From Flavobacteriaceae bacterium (GTDB lineage: Bacteria > Bacteroidota > Bacteroidia > Flavobacteriales > Weeksellaceae): a DNA stretch of 64,000 nt. The stretch covers positions 520 to 64,519 of the forward strand of contig JAAYKY010000028.1 of the NCBI GenBank assembly GCA_012522185.1, read 5' to 3'. Shown one piece after another: positions 53,807 to 63,748 of this stretch (positions within the stretch are counted from its first letter, which is position 1; every line of letters starts with the position of its first letter). The notes below the pieces were generated by a model. It was not told the DNA's origin, did not search any database, and saw nothing but the letters and a program-made list of their open reading frames with translations. A program made the translations under genes and the position numbers.

Positions 53807-55728
53807 GGAAGATTTATGTGATCTCTGCAGTGTTATTGATGATTGTTTGTTTATTTGTTTGGAGGTTGTATTTCCTACAACTTTCCACAGATCGATACAA
53901 ATTAAACGCTATCAACACGTCCATTAAACAAGAAATTCTTTTTCCCAACCGGGGCGATATTCTCGACCGGAACGGTGTTTTACTCGTGAGTAATACCTAT
54001 AGTTATGAATTAAATGTAATTCCAGCTTTGATTACGGAAGAGTTTGACACTGTCAATTTCTGTGATATGGCTGGAATCAAGGTTTCGGATTTTCATAATC
54101 GTTTGGAACAGATTAAATCCGAACAACATTTCCGTGCACTTTCGCCTTATCCTTTGATTAAAAATATTTCAAGAGAAAATTTCGCTCGAATCCAAGAGCA
54201 ACTTTACCTCTACCCTTCTATGTCGATTGTAAAACGGCCGGAACGAATGTACATGGTAAATTCGGCCGGAAATATTTTGGGGTACATCAACGAAGCCAAC
54301 GAAGCTTACATCAAAACCGATTCGAATTATTATCGACCCGGCGATTTGGTAGGAATTTCAGGAGTCGAAAAGTCGTATGAAAAAGAGTTGAGAGGCGTCA
54401 AAGGTGTTAAACATTATATTGCTGACCGACTTATGAAATCCGTAGGCTCCTACAAAGATGGAGAATACGACAAAGCAGCACGTAGTGGGAAAACCATTAC
54501 TTTGACCATCGATTATGAATTGCAAGAATACGCTGAGAAATTATTACAAAACAAAAGAGGAGCCATTGTAGCACTCGACCCCAAAACAGGTGAAATTTTA
54601 GCCATGGCTTCTGCGCCAACGGTTGATCCCAATTTATTTTTGAATTCCGATACAAGAAATGCTATTTTACGCGATACGATTTCAATGCCCAATTACGACC
54701 GAGCCACTCAAGGAACCTATCCGCCCGGTTCACCTTTTAAAATGATGACGGCTCTTGCCGGATTGCAAATGGGAACTCTACACGCAGACTCCACCGGATA
54801 TGTTTGCAAAAATGGTTTCCGATATGGAAGACTGAGAATTGCTTGTGGTTGTGGTCAATATTACCGCCCGATTTCACTGCGTCTGGCACTTGCTAAATCT
54901 TGTAATAATTATTTCTCTGAAGCTTATCGAGACATTGTTCAAAAATACCCAGATGATTATGGAAAAGGCATGGATGAATGGCGAGCGATCATGAATAGTT
55001 TTGGATTGGGGACTTATTTAAACAACGATTTGGCAGTAGGAAGCCCAGGATTGATTCCTTCTGCTAATTTTTATGACAACCGATTTGGAGAAGGAAAATG
55101 GACTCCTTATCAAGTGATTTTCAATGGAATTGGTCAAGGAGACATCACCACTACTCCACTTCAAATGGCGAATTTCACTGCGATTATGGCCAATAAAGGG
55201 GAGTTTTTCACCCCACACATCGTAAAAGAAATTGATGGCGAACCTCAAACCGATCCAAGGTTTACACAAAAGAAAAAAACATTGGTAGAATCCCGTCATT
55301 TCATTCCGATATTGGAAGGGATGGAACAAGTTTTCACCAATGGAACGGCGAGAAGTTTCGTTACAAAAGATTTCACTCAAGCCGGGAAAACTGGAACCGC
55401 TCAAAACCCACATGGGCAGGATCATTCTTTGTTTACGCTGATTGCTCCGGTAGAGGATCCTCAAATTGTGGTGGCAGTCATCGTCGAAAATGGCTATTGG
55501 GGTTCACGCTGGGCAGCGCCTATGTCCACTTTAATTGCTGAAAAGTATCTAACCGATACCATCAAAAGAACCCATCTGGAAACCCGTATGTTTAACGGAA
55601 ACCTGGAAGGCGAATATAGAAAACAATGGATTGAATATTTGAAAAGAAAAGGCTGGTACAAAGAGCCAGCAACTGAAAGTGTAAAAACAGAAAGCATTGA
55701 GTCAAAGCAGATCGTTAAGAGGAATTGA
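53803..55728 (+). CDS. mrdA: Penicillin-binding protein 2 (elongasome transpeptidase)
   Basis: 641 aa. SxxK (PGSPFK), SxN-type and KTG (GKTGTAQ) motifs. Confidence 0.93.
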   Translation: MRKIYVISAVLLMIVCLFVWRLYFLQLSTDRYKLNAINTSIKQEILFPNRGDILDRNGVLLVSNTYSYELNVIPALITEEFDTVNFCDMAGIKVSDFHNRLEQIKSEQHFRALSPYPLIKNISRENFARIQEQLYLYPSMSIVKRPERMYMVNSAGNILGYINEANEAYIKTDSNYYRPGDLVGISGVEKSYEKELRGVKGVKHYIADRLMKSVGSYKDGEYDKAARSGKTITLTIDYELQEYAEKLLQNKRGAIVALDPKTGEILAMASAPTVDPNLFLNSDTRNAILRDTISMPNYDRATQGTYPPGSPFKMMTALAGLQMGTLHADSTGYVCKNGFRYGRLRIACGCGQYYRPISLRLALAKSCNNYFSEAYRDIVQKYPDDYGKGMDEWRAIMNSFGLGTYLNNDLAVGSPGLIPSANFYDNRFGEGKWTPYQVIFNGIGQGDITTTPLQMANFTAIMANKGEFFTPHIVKEIDGEPQTDPRFTQKKKTLVESRHFIPILEGMEQVFTNGTARSFVTKDFTQAGKTGTAQNPHGQDHSLFTLIAPVEDPQIVVAVIVENGYWGSRWAAPMSTLIAEKYLTDTIKRTHLETRMFNGNLEGEYRKQWIEYLKRKGWYKEPATESVKTESIESKQIVKRN

Positions 55729-57226
55729 TTGGATCACTATAATTATGTGTCTGATGCTCATAGCCTTTGGGATTATGAATATCTATTCTGTGGAACCCGA
55801 AAAGGGAATCAGACAATTAGTATTCTTTGGCTTGAGTTTCATTCTGATCATCGGATTGATTTCCTTCTCCTCCACCACAGCCAATTTTTTCGAAGTATAT
55901 AGTCCTTTCATTTATTTGGGATCGATTGCACTTCTCATCGGCGTTTTGATATTTGGTAGAGAAATCAACGGCGCAAAGGCTTGGTTTAGCTTTGGTGCGC
56001 TTAGTTTTCAACCTGCCGAAGTCGCCAAACTCGCCACGGGTTTACTTCTTGCCAATTTCATCAGTTCTCCATCCATCGAAATTAAATCGAGACGAACCAT
56101 TGTCACCGCTTTTGCCATTATAGCAATTCCTGTGGCTTTGATTCTTTTGCAACCCGATTTGGGTTCGGTTTTGGTTTTTAGCGCCTTTATCATCGCCCTT
56201 TACCGAGCTGGATTTTCTGCTTGGTATATATTCATTCCGGTAATTGGTGGGGCTTTATTTTTGCTTTCCATTTCCTATCCTGCGTATTATGTTTTGACTG
56301 CCTTAGGCTTTTTGACTACTGTCATTTGCTTGTTTGTAATTGCTTTTACATACAAAAGAAATTTACTTAAAAACCTAATGGGAGTTCAGCTCGGTTTGGT
56401 CGTTTTCTTTCTGATTTTAATGGGCTTACTTAGCTTTTTCCCGGAAATGGGAGCCATAGAGGATGAAACAGCTCGACAATACGCCGAACCTACAGTATTA
56501 GCTTTCAATGTCTATTTCTATTCAGCAATTGGGCTTTTGCTTGCTTTGCTTTCCGCGATTTCTGTGTCCTATTTTATTCTTCGAGACAATTCAGATTCTC
56601 CTTATAAAATGTTCAGTCCGGAATTTGGCTCTAACCGAACTTATGAAGTAGCCATTCTTTCGACCGTCATTTTCATGTTGATTTCGGGAATTTCTCTTTT
56701 CTCATCAAAAATATATACCGAATTACCCAAACACCAACAAGAAAGAATTATGGTATTGTTCGAAGGAGAAAAGAAATACCGTGACACCTCTGGGTACAAT
56801 CTACTTTATTCCAAAACCGCCATTGGTTCAGGTGATTTTTTAGGAAAAGGCTACCTTCAAGGAACAGTCAAAATGGGGAAATTTGTACCGGAACAATCCA
56901 CCGACTATATATTTTGTACGGTGGGTGAAGAATGGGGATTTGTCGGAAGTTCATTATTGGTGATTTTTTATGGATTATTTATTTTGAGAATATACTATTT
57001 AGCTGAAAACCAAAGAAGCCCATTCTCAAGGTTTTTTGGATATTCTGTCGCATCCATCTTTTTAATTCATTATTTCATCAACATCGCCATGGTCATGGGG
57101 CTCTTCCCGACCGTTGGAATTCCCCTCCCTTTTTTCAGTTATGGAGGAAGTTCTCTCTGGGCTTTTATCACCTTGGTAACTATATTTTTAATTCTAAATT
57201 ACAAAGACCGACAGAGCTTGATTTAA
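55697..57226 (+). CDS. rodA: SEDS glycosyltransferase RodA (long form)
   Basis: 509 aa with a TTG start. N-terminal IDW motif and C-terminal GIPLPFFSYGGSS signature. 32-nt overlap with mrdA. Confidence 0.9.
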   Translation: MSQSRSLRGIDWITIIMCLMLIAFGIMNIYSVEPEKGIRQLVFFGLSFILIIGLISFSSTTANFFEVYSPFIYLGSIALLIGVLIFGREINGAKAWFSFGALSFQPAEVAKLATGLLLANFISSPSIEIKSRRTIVTAFAIIAIPVALILLQPDLGSVLVFSAFIIALYRAGFSAWYIFIPVIGGALFLLSISYPAYYVLTALGFLTTVICLFVIAFTYKRNLLKNLMGVQLGLVVFFLILMGLLSFFPEMGAIEDETARQYAEPTVLAFNVYFYSAIGLLLALLSAISVSYFILRDNSDSPYKMFSPEFGSNRTYEVAILSTVIFMLISGISLFSSKIYTELPKHQQERIMVLFEGEKKYRDTSGYNLLYSKTAIGSGDFLGKGYLQGTVKMGKFVPEQSTDYIFCTVGEEWGFVGSSLLVIFYGLFILRIYYLAENQRSPFSRFFGYSVASIFLIHYFINIAMVMGLFPTVGIPLPFFSYGGSSLWAFITLVTIFLILNYKDRQSLI

Positions 57227-57314
57227 TGAGATGGAACTTATCTTTTTCTCATTCAAAAGATTAAATTTTTCTTAATTAAATCAATCATTCTCATTCTTTT
57301 TCTAACTTGCGGCT

Positions 57315-57746
57315 ATGAAGGAAGCTAAACAGTTAAAGTATGACAAAGCCTATCTGAAAATGGCTTTGGAATGGGGAAAATTGTCACATTGTAAAAGAAG
57401 ACAAGTGGGCGCTTTAATTGTAAAAGACCGAATGATCATTTCAGACGGATACAACGGTACGCCCAGCGGATTTGAAAACCATTGTGAAGACGATGAAGGT
57501 TACACCAAATGGTACGTTTTGCACGCCGAAGCCAATGCCATATTAAAAGTCGCCTCATCCACGCAAAGCTGCAAAGGCGCAACCCTTTACATCACACTTT
57601 CACCCTGCAAAGAATGCAGCAAACTCATTCATCAGGCGGGAATTGTGCGAGTGGTCTATCTACAGGAATACAAAGACAATTCGGGAATAGAATTTTTGAG
57701 AAATGCAGACGTGAAACTAACGCAAATAAATGAAGAAGAACTGTAA
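57315..57746 (+). CDS. dCMP deaminase (ComEB-like)
   Basis: 143 aa. HAEANA and PCKECSKLI zinc-binding motifs. Confidence 0.9.
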   Translation: MKEAKQLKYDKAYLKMALEWGKLSHCKRRQVGALIVKDRMIISDGYNGTPSGFENHCEDDEGYTKWYVLHAEANAILKVASSTQSCKGATLYITLSPCKECSKLIHQAGIVRVVYLQEYKDNSGIEFLRNADVKLTQINEEEL

Positions 57747-57748
57747 AA

Positions 57749-59329
57749 ATGAGGACATTCCTTAAAATCCTGAACCTCGTACTGATGGTGCTGATTATTT
57801 TGCTTGCGGGATTTATGCTCGGAAGAAAATACGACATTGCCATCGACGAAAACGACAAACTTGTCGGACTCGAATACAGCGCCAACGAACAGAAAATCAG
57901 ACGATTGGTTTCGCTGATTAATGATCAATACATGGAAGAAGTGGACACCGACAGTCTAGTGGACAAGGCCATCAATCAGATTGTAGGACAACTCGATCCG
58001 CACAGCACTTATTTAGATAAAGAGAAGCTGAAAAAAGTAAACCGCGAAATGAGCGGAAGTTATCAGGGAATTGGTGTTCAAATCAGGAGAATGGATGATA
58101 CTTTGACCATTACCCAGGTTTTAAGTCAAAGTCCGAATTTTCAAAATCTAATAATCGGAGACCAAGTCCTGAAAATTGACAGTGTGAACATTGTGGGAAT
58201 GAGTTCCGAAAATGCGCAGAAAATATTCAATGAAATTAATTCGGATGAAGTTGCCCTCACACTCAAACGAAATTCAGCAGAAATCATTGTGAACGCCAAA
58301 AAAGGAAATGTTCCCTTGCCGAGCGTGGTTTCGCATTTCAAAATCAATGAAGATTTAGGTTATATCAAACTTGTTCGATTTGCAGAAAAATCGGCAGACG
58401 AAGTACACGATGCCCTGAAAGATTTAAAAAATCAGGGAATGAAATCTCTGGTTTTGGATTTACGTGGAAATCCGGGCGGAATCATGAAAGTGGCCGAACA
58501 AATTGCCGACGAATTCCTCAAAAAAAATGAGCTTATTGTTTACACCCAGGACAAAGAAGAAAAACGAAAATACATTTATGCCACCAACAAAGGTCTTTTT
58601 GAAGATGGAAAAATTTATGTTTTGATCGACGAAGGTTCGGCATCTGCCAGCGAAATTGTCGCCGGTGCTTTGCAGGAATACGGTCGCGCGACCATCATCG
58701 GGCGCCGATCTTACGGAAAAGGATTGGTTCAGCGGGAAATTCATCTGGGTGACGGAACCAGAGTCCGGCTGACGGTTGCGCATTATTACACACCGTCGGG
58801 GCGTTCCATTCAGCGTCCTTATGGCAAAGGAAAACAGGATTATTCCGAAGAACTTTACCGACGTGTGCGAAGCGGCGAACTTCTCTCGGAAGACAGCATC
58901 AAAGTCAATAAAGAACTGGAATACAAAACACCATCGGGCAAAATCGTTTATGGCGGCGGCGGAATTATTCCGGACGAATTTGTAGCGGTCGATACCACCC
59001 AATTGAAAGGCTGGATTATGCAGAACGCTTATTCGGACAACAACCAGAATTTCTTCTTCAATAAAATTATGGAAAATCGTTACAATCCATTCTGGATGAA
59101 CGAAAAATGGTTTTTGAAGCATAACGACATCACACCGATTTATGAAGAATATCTCGGCACTTTGGGCATTTTACCCGAACGTGTAAATGAAGAGGAAGAA
59201 AGGCTGATCAAGAACTTCATCCGTTCGGCGATTGCGGAAGAACTTTTCGGAACCAATGCGCTTTACAAAGCTTGGTGGCCGGAAGACAATATGATCCAAC
59301 GCGTACTGGAATTGGAAACAAAATCTTAA
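57749..59329 (+). CDS. S41 family carboxy-terminal processing peptidase (CtpA-like)
   Basis: 526 aa. TM anchor, PDZ and S41 core (DEGSASASEIVAGALQ...GKGLVQ). Confidence 0.9.
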   Translation: MRTFLKILNLVLMVLIILLAGFMLGRKYDIAIDENDKLVGLEYSANEQKIRRLVSLINDQYMEEVDTDSLVDKAINQIVGQLDPHSTYLDKEKLKKVNREMSGSYQGIGVQIRRMDDTLTITQVLSQSPNFQNLIIGDQVLKIDSVNIVGMSSENAQKIFNEINSDEVALTLKRNSAEIIVNAKKGNVPLPSVVSHFKINEDLGYIKLVRFAEKSADEVHDALKDLKNQGMKSLVLDLRGNPGGIMKVAEQIADEFLKKNELIVYTQDKEEKRKYIYATNKGLFEDGKIYVLIDEGSASASEIVAGALQEYGRATIIGRRSYGKGLVQREIHLGDGTRVRLTVAHYYTPSGRSIQRPYGKGKQDYSEELYRRVRSGELLSEDSIKVNKELEYKTPSGKIVYGGGGIIPDEFVAVDTTQLKGWIMQNAYSDNNQNFFFNKIMENRYNPFWMNEKWFLKHNDITPIYEEYLGTLGILPERVNEEEERLIKNFIRSAIAEELFGTNALYKAWWPEDNMIQRVLELETKS

Positions 59330-59330
59330 A

Positions 59331-60251
59331 ATGGACTGGCAAGAAGCGCTTTCTGAATACCGGACTTACCTAAAACTCGAAAAATCTCTTTCGCCTAATA
59401 CGATTGAGTCCTATTTACGGGATTTAAGAAAGCTGGAAAGTTTTTCTGAAAATCCACCTCTGAAAGTTTCATCGTCTGATTTGGATGAATTTCTTTATCA
59501 GTACGCCAAAGAGAATTTTGCACCAAGATCTCAGGCACGACTGATTTCATCGGTCAAAAGTTTTTTCAATTATTTGCAATGGGAAGAATGGCGAGCCGAC
59601 AATCCGGCGGAACTGCTGGAAACCCCAAAACTAGGAATGAAACTGCCCGATACTTTATCGGAAAAAGAGATTGACCAATTAATTGCGCAAATTGATTTGA
59701 GTTTACCCGAAGGCGAAAGAAATCGCGCCATTCTCGAAACGCTTTATGGATGTGGACTTAGGGTTTCTGAACTGACGGAATTAAAACTTTCGGATTTGTT
59801 TTTTGAAGAAAATTTCATTCGGGTAATCGGCAAAGGAAACAAGCAAAGATTAATACCTATTTCGAATTACACCATTAAATTCATCAATATTTATCGAAAC
59901 GAAATTCGGGTGCATATCCCCATTCAAAAAGGATTTGAAGATTATCTTTTCCTGAACCGAAGAGGAAAAAAACTTACGCGGGTGATGATTTTCACCATCA
60001 TCAAACAACTGACCGAAAAAGCCGGAATTCGCAAAAAAATCAGTCCGCACACTTTCCGACATTCCTTTGCCACGCATTTGTTGAAAAACGGAGCAGATCT
60101 CCGTTCGATTCAGATGATGCTTGGTCATGAAAGTATTACCACAACCGAAATTTACACTCATCTGGACGATACGATGATCCGCGAAGCTGTGCTGAAATTT
60201 CATCCGAGAAATTCAGAAAAAGAGGAATCAGACAATAACCAAAAGTCATAA
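59331..60251 (+). CDS. xerD: Site-specific tyrosine recombinase XerD
   Basis: 306 aa. SAM-like N-terminal domain. Catalytic-domain motifs GLRVSEL, RHSFATHLL and LGHESITTTEIYTH. Confidence 0.92.
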   Translation: MDWQEALSEYRTYLKLEKSLSPNTIESYLRDLRKLESFSENPPLKVSSSDLDEFLYQYAKENFAPRSQARLISSVKSFFNYLQWEEWRADNPAELLETPKLGMKLPDTLSEKEIDQLIAQIDLSLPEGERNRAILETLYGCGLRVSELTELKLSDLFFEENFIRVIGKGNKQRLIPISNYTIKFINIYRNEIRVHIPIQKGFEDYLFLNRRGKKLTRVMIFTIIKQLTEKAGIRKKISPHTFRHSFATHLLKNGADLRSIQMMLGHESITTTEIYTHLDDTMIREAVLKFHPRNSEKEESDNNQKS

Positions 60252-60287
60252 ATTCAAAATTTCTTATCTTTACGTAAACGTTTCACA

Positions 60288-60557
60288 ATGGACATTCAGG
60301 CAACAAAATTGGAATTGATCAAAATGCTGATGGAAGTAGATAAAGTTTCTATTTTACAGGAAATAAAAGAAGTTTTACGTTCTGAAGCCAATTTCGCTTC
60401 GGAAGAAATAGTCGCCTATACTACAAAGGGAGAGGCTTTGACAAAAGAGCAATACATCCGATCACTAAAAGAAATTAGTGAAGAAATAAAAAACGGTGCT
60501 CAAACTTTTTCCTCTGAAGAAGTATTGGAATATGTCTTAAATCAAGACAAACGATGA
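60288..60557 (+). CDS. Putative antitoxin of second ParE/RelE-type TA pair
   Basis: 89 aa and acidic. ATGA overlap with the downstream toxin reading frame. Assigned by position. Confidence 0.5.
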   Translation: MDIQATKLELIKMLMEVDKVSILQEIKEVLRSEANFASEEIVAYTTKGEALTKEQYIRSLKEISEEIKNGAQTFSSEEVLEYVLNQDKR

Positions 60558-60852
60558 AAGTCCGATGGTCAAAGCGATCAAGAGAAAGTTTAGCAAATAT
60601 TTACGACTACATCTTCGAAGATAGTCCCCAAAACGCCGAAATGGTTATTAAAACTTTGATTGATTTAGGAAACTCACTTTCCAATCCCAAAATAGAATAT
60701 TCTCAAGATTTAATTATTAATGACGAAAGATTTCGTTTTATTCCAAAATGGAGTTATAAATCATCTACGAAAGAACTGAAAATGAAGTAATCATTTTGGA
60801 TGTTTTCAATGTCAATCAAAATCCCGGTAAATTACTCAGTTTGAAATCCTAA
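60554..60852 (+). pseudogene. RelE/ParE-family toxin interrupted by a 1-nt frameshift at an A-run (about 60758-60760)
   Basis: Frame 0 gives 78 aa ending ...FIPKWSYKSSTKELKMK*. The -1 frame from 60760 reads IIYERTENEVIILDVFNVNQNPGKLLSLKS* (stop at 60850-52), the canonical ParE C-terminus. The restored length of 99 aa equals that of the other toxin. Confidence 0.65.
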
Positions 60853-60855
60853 ATT

Positions 60856-63681
60856 CTAATACCACCCTCTTCTCAAATAATTAATAATACTACTTAGGTT
60901 GAAATTAAACGTAAACCGAACTCTTTCCCAATATTTATCCATCGCAGGTTCAAATCCGAGTGAGGACTGAACGGGCAGATAAAACTCCAGAAAATCGGGG
61001 ATGACCTTGAATTTAATTCCGGTATCATAAATAAATTCTGCATGTTGAAATTTATTTTTGTAAACACCGAAATCGGCATAAATATCGAGCATATTCAACA
61101 CTGGATAATCTACATTGGTTGAAATGATCCATTGATTGACCGTAAAATCCAATTGCGATTTGAAACCGGCTTCAGCCATCACATATTGTTGACTCAAAAT
61201 CCCGGAACTTTCCGATCGCCCCAATAAATTCAGGTTGAATGCATAATCCGAAACTTTACTCACCCCAAAGTTGAAATAATCGGTATTGCTTTTATTCTCA
61301 ATGAAACTTCCCGCAAAAACTCGGATGCTCAATTGTTTTTTGGGTGCGAACCGCCAACGATAATGAATTTCACCCATTACTTTCTGAAAAGACTCCGTCG
61401 TTTGCAAAGTCATCGAACCATACGACTCATTGATGTAATCAGGTTTGGAATAATAATAAGTCAAATTCCACAAACCGTATTGATCCTCATCGGTTTGAAT
61501 TTCAAATTCCGGCACTTCCTTGTCCAGATTGTCATAACTGAAAATAAATCCGTGCGAAAGGGTTTCCCGCGGGTCTTTTTTGAAACTCGTCATCAGATAA
61601 CCCGACCATTTGAGATAAGTTAAATCACGGTCGTAATGTTCATATTTGGCCGAAGCGCCCAAAGTTATCGAACGGAAAATCGATTTTTGCGGTGTAAACG
61701 TATTCTGAATTCCACCACTTCCGGCAATTTTTCCGGTTCCGGTAGAAATTTTCGGCGTGATGTTCCATTTAAAAGGCCGAGTAAGCAAAGATTGGTTGTG
61801 AAACCTCATCCCAATCAAGAATTTATCGTAATTGTTCCAACGGATTTGCGGGTTCATAAAAATCTGGGAATACTCCGGATTTTCGATGTCGGAATATAAT
61901 TTAAACTGCAGTTTCTTCCCATTTTTAAACAAACCTCGGGTTCGGATGAAATTATCTCGGTCGTTAAATTCCGGAAAAAGATACCCCGGATTGAGTTCGA
62001 TTTTGTCATAATCGCCTTTGGGAAAGGAAACAATCGTCGTTTTTTCAGCGGATGCATACCATTCTTCGGCCACAGGAATTCCGCTTTTGGAAGCTATTAT
62101 TTGAAACGGACCGGAAAATTCTGTTTTGTTTTTGATTTTAATTTCTAAATCTTCATCCGTCTCTTTTGCATTGACGAGTTTGAAATTAATTTTGTCTTTT
62201 TTATCAATATAATCCTCAAAAAACCAAGTTAGATCTTTGGGCGAATTTTCAATCAGATAATTCCTGAAATCCATTTGCGAAATGTGGTTTCCACGGTTTT
62301 CTTCACTGAAATTTTTAATCATTTCGTAGAAAGTTCCGTTTTCCAAATATTCGTCCATCAGGTAAAAAGTCAAACCGGTTTTGAAACCGCTTATCGCAAT
62401 TTGGTTCATATTGCTCAACTCATCAAATGGCGTATTGATCGGCTGGTCGTAATTTTGACGTGCCAAATAAAGATAAAGCAATTTATATCGGTCGTTCATT
62501 TTCAATCGGGCGGCGTGAAAGAAATACAAAGGCTTAATTCCCAACACTTTTATATTGTCGGGAAGATGTCCGGCGAGTTTTAATGCGGGGAAATTCTCGT
62601 CCACATATTTCATCATCAGGTAAAATTGCAGTCCGTTTTTGAGCCAGTGATCCTCGATTTTATTGACCGAAAAAAGCCGCTCGATGTATTCGTAACTTAG
62701 GATTTGAAATAATTTCAGTGCGTTTTTTTCTTCTTCAGTAAATAATTTCACTTCAAAAAGCCAAGCATCCAAATCATCCACACCAAAATACTCTTGTTCC
62801 TTTTTGGTTTTATACGAAATGAATAATTTATCGGAAGGAAGCTCTCCCAAATGTTCTTTGAGAAAATGAATCTGAGCAGGTAAAATCGAATCAATAATCG
62901 GTTTTTCAATGCTGTCGTATCCAAAACCAAAATCTACATTTAATCCTGAAATTTCATCGGAATAAGAATGTCTTTCTTCTTTATTTTTGGTTAAATAAAT
63001 CCTGAAATGTTCCAGATTTCCAGCCGTCCAGAATTCTTCATTTTTTTCAAGATCGGTTGAGATCAAATAATTTTCGGGATACTCAATTTTCAACTGATAA
63101 TAAGAAGGATAAGCAGAAAGTCCTTCAAAATCTTTGTAATGTTGAAGTACCCAATTTCCGTTTGCATTCAGCGTTGCGGGTTGTAGAAAGAAATATTTAA
63201 GTAAGTAATTTCCTTTCTCAGTTCGCCCATAGCACGTCACGGCATCAAAGGGAATTTTTACCGTATATTCTGCTTTTAGTCGGATGATTTCTCCTTTTTT
63301 CCAGGGCTTTTCAAGTTCAATTTTTAAGAATTCACGTTCTTGTTCTTGGTAAAGAATCTTATCATTTTCATCATTCAATAATATTAAATCTCTTGCGCCT
63401 CCGCGGTCTTCCCGTTCCGAAAAATGCAAAGCGCCTTTTCGGTCCTGAAGTTTGACTTTGTTCAATACGGTAAGTTTACCCGAATAAGCATTTGCCCAGG
63501 CGTGTAAATAAACTTCTGTGAGCGTTTTTTGAGATTGATTTACAAGAACAAACTCTTGTTTTACATGAAGTTCGTGACGAGTAGAATCGAGTTTTACATC
63601 GAGATAAATCGAATCGGTTTGCTGGGAAAACAAAAATCCAAAGCAGAAAATCCAGAAAAAACAAGTATAAAACTTTCCCAT
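60856..63681 (-). CDS. Large secreted M1-peptidase-like protein with degenerate active site and beta-rich C-terminal half (tentative)
   Basis: Signal peptide from the ATG at 63681 (the track starts at the TTG at 63690). YEYIERLF...EDHWLKNGLQFYL (nt 62632-62694) aligns with the M1 HExxHxW...WLNEGFAxY motif, but all three zinc ligands are replaced. Confidence 0.45.
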   Translation of the reverse strand: MGKFYTCFFWIFCFGFLFSQQTDSIYLDVKLDSTRHELHVKQEFVLVNQSQKTLTEVYLHAWANAYSGKLTVLNKVKLQDRKGALHFSEREDRGGARDLILLNDENDKILYQEQEREFLKIELEKPWKKGEIIRLKAEYTVKIPFDAVTCYGRTEKGNYLLKYFFLQPATLNANGNWVLQHYKDFEGLSAYPSYYQLKIEYPENYLISTDLEKNEEFWTAGNLEHFRIYLTKNKEERHSYSDEISGLNVDFGFGYDSIEKPIIDSILPAQIHFLKEHLGELPSDKLFISYKTKKEQEYFGVDDLDAWLFEVKLFTEEEKNALKLFQILSYEYIERLFSVNKIEDHWLKNGLQFYLMMKYVDENFPALKLAGHLPDNIKVLGIKPLYFFHAARLKMNDRYKLLYLYLARQNYDQPINTPFDELSNMNQIAISGFKTGLTFYLMDEYLENGTFYEMIKNFSEENRGNHISQMDFRNYLIENSPKDLTWFFEDYIDKKDKINFKLVNAKETDEDLEIKIKNKTEFSGPFQIIASKSGIPVAEEWYASAEKTTIVSFPKGDYDKIELNPGYLFPEFNDRDNFIRTRGLFKNGKKLQFKLYSDIENPEYSQIFMNPQIRWNNYDKFLIGMRFHNQSLLTRPFKWNITPKISTGTGKIAGSGGIQNTFTPQKSIFRSITLGASAKYEHYDRDLTYLKWSGYLMTSFKKDPRETLSHGFIFSYDNLDKEVPEFEIQTDEDQYGLWNLTYYYSKPDYINESYGSMTLQTTESFQKVMGEIHYRWRFAPKKQLSIRVFAGSFIENKSNTDYFNFGVSKVSDYAFNLNLLGRSESSGILSQQYVMAEAGFKSQLDFTVNQWIISTNVDYPVLNMLDIYADFGVYKNKFQHAEFIYDTGIKFKVIPDFLEFYLPVQSSLGFEPAMDKYWERVRFTFNFNLSSIINYLRRGWY

Positions 63682-63748
63682 TGCCGACAAATGTCAGATG
63701 TAAATTTGTTTTATTTTTTTCTGATTACCAAGTTTTTAACAGAATAAC

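Noticed and set aside
57225-57256. AATGAGA...TCTCATT inverted repeat after rodA as a terminator.
   Set aside because: It has only 7 A/T-rich base pairs, a 15-nt loop and no clear T-tract. That is too weak to call.
58460-59122. 220-aa minus-strand ORF inside the S41 peptidase gene.
   Set aside because: It is antisense to a gene with unambiguous PDZ/S41 motifs. It has no start context or motifs of its own.
59331-60251. Tyrosine recombinase as a marker of an integrated mobile element, with the adjacent TA cassette as cargo.
   Set aside because: The sequence and length fit chromosomal XerD. It is co-directional and nearly contiguous with housekeeping genes (dCMP deaminase, S41 peptidase). I found no flanking direct repeats or other mobile-element genes.
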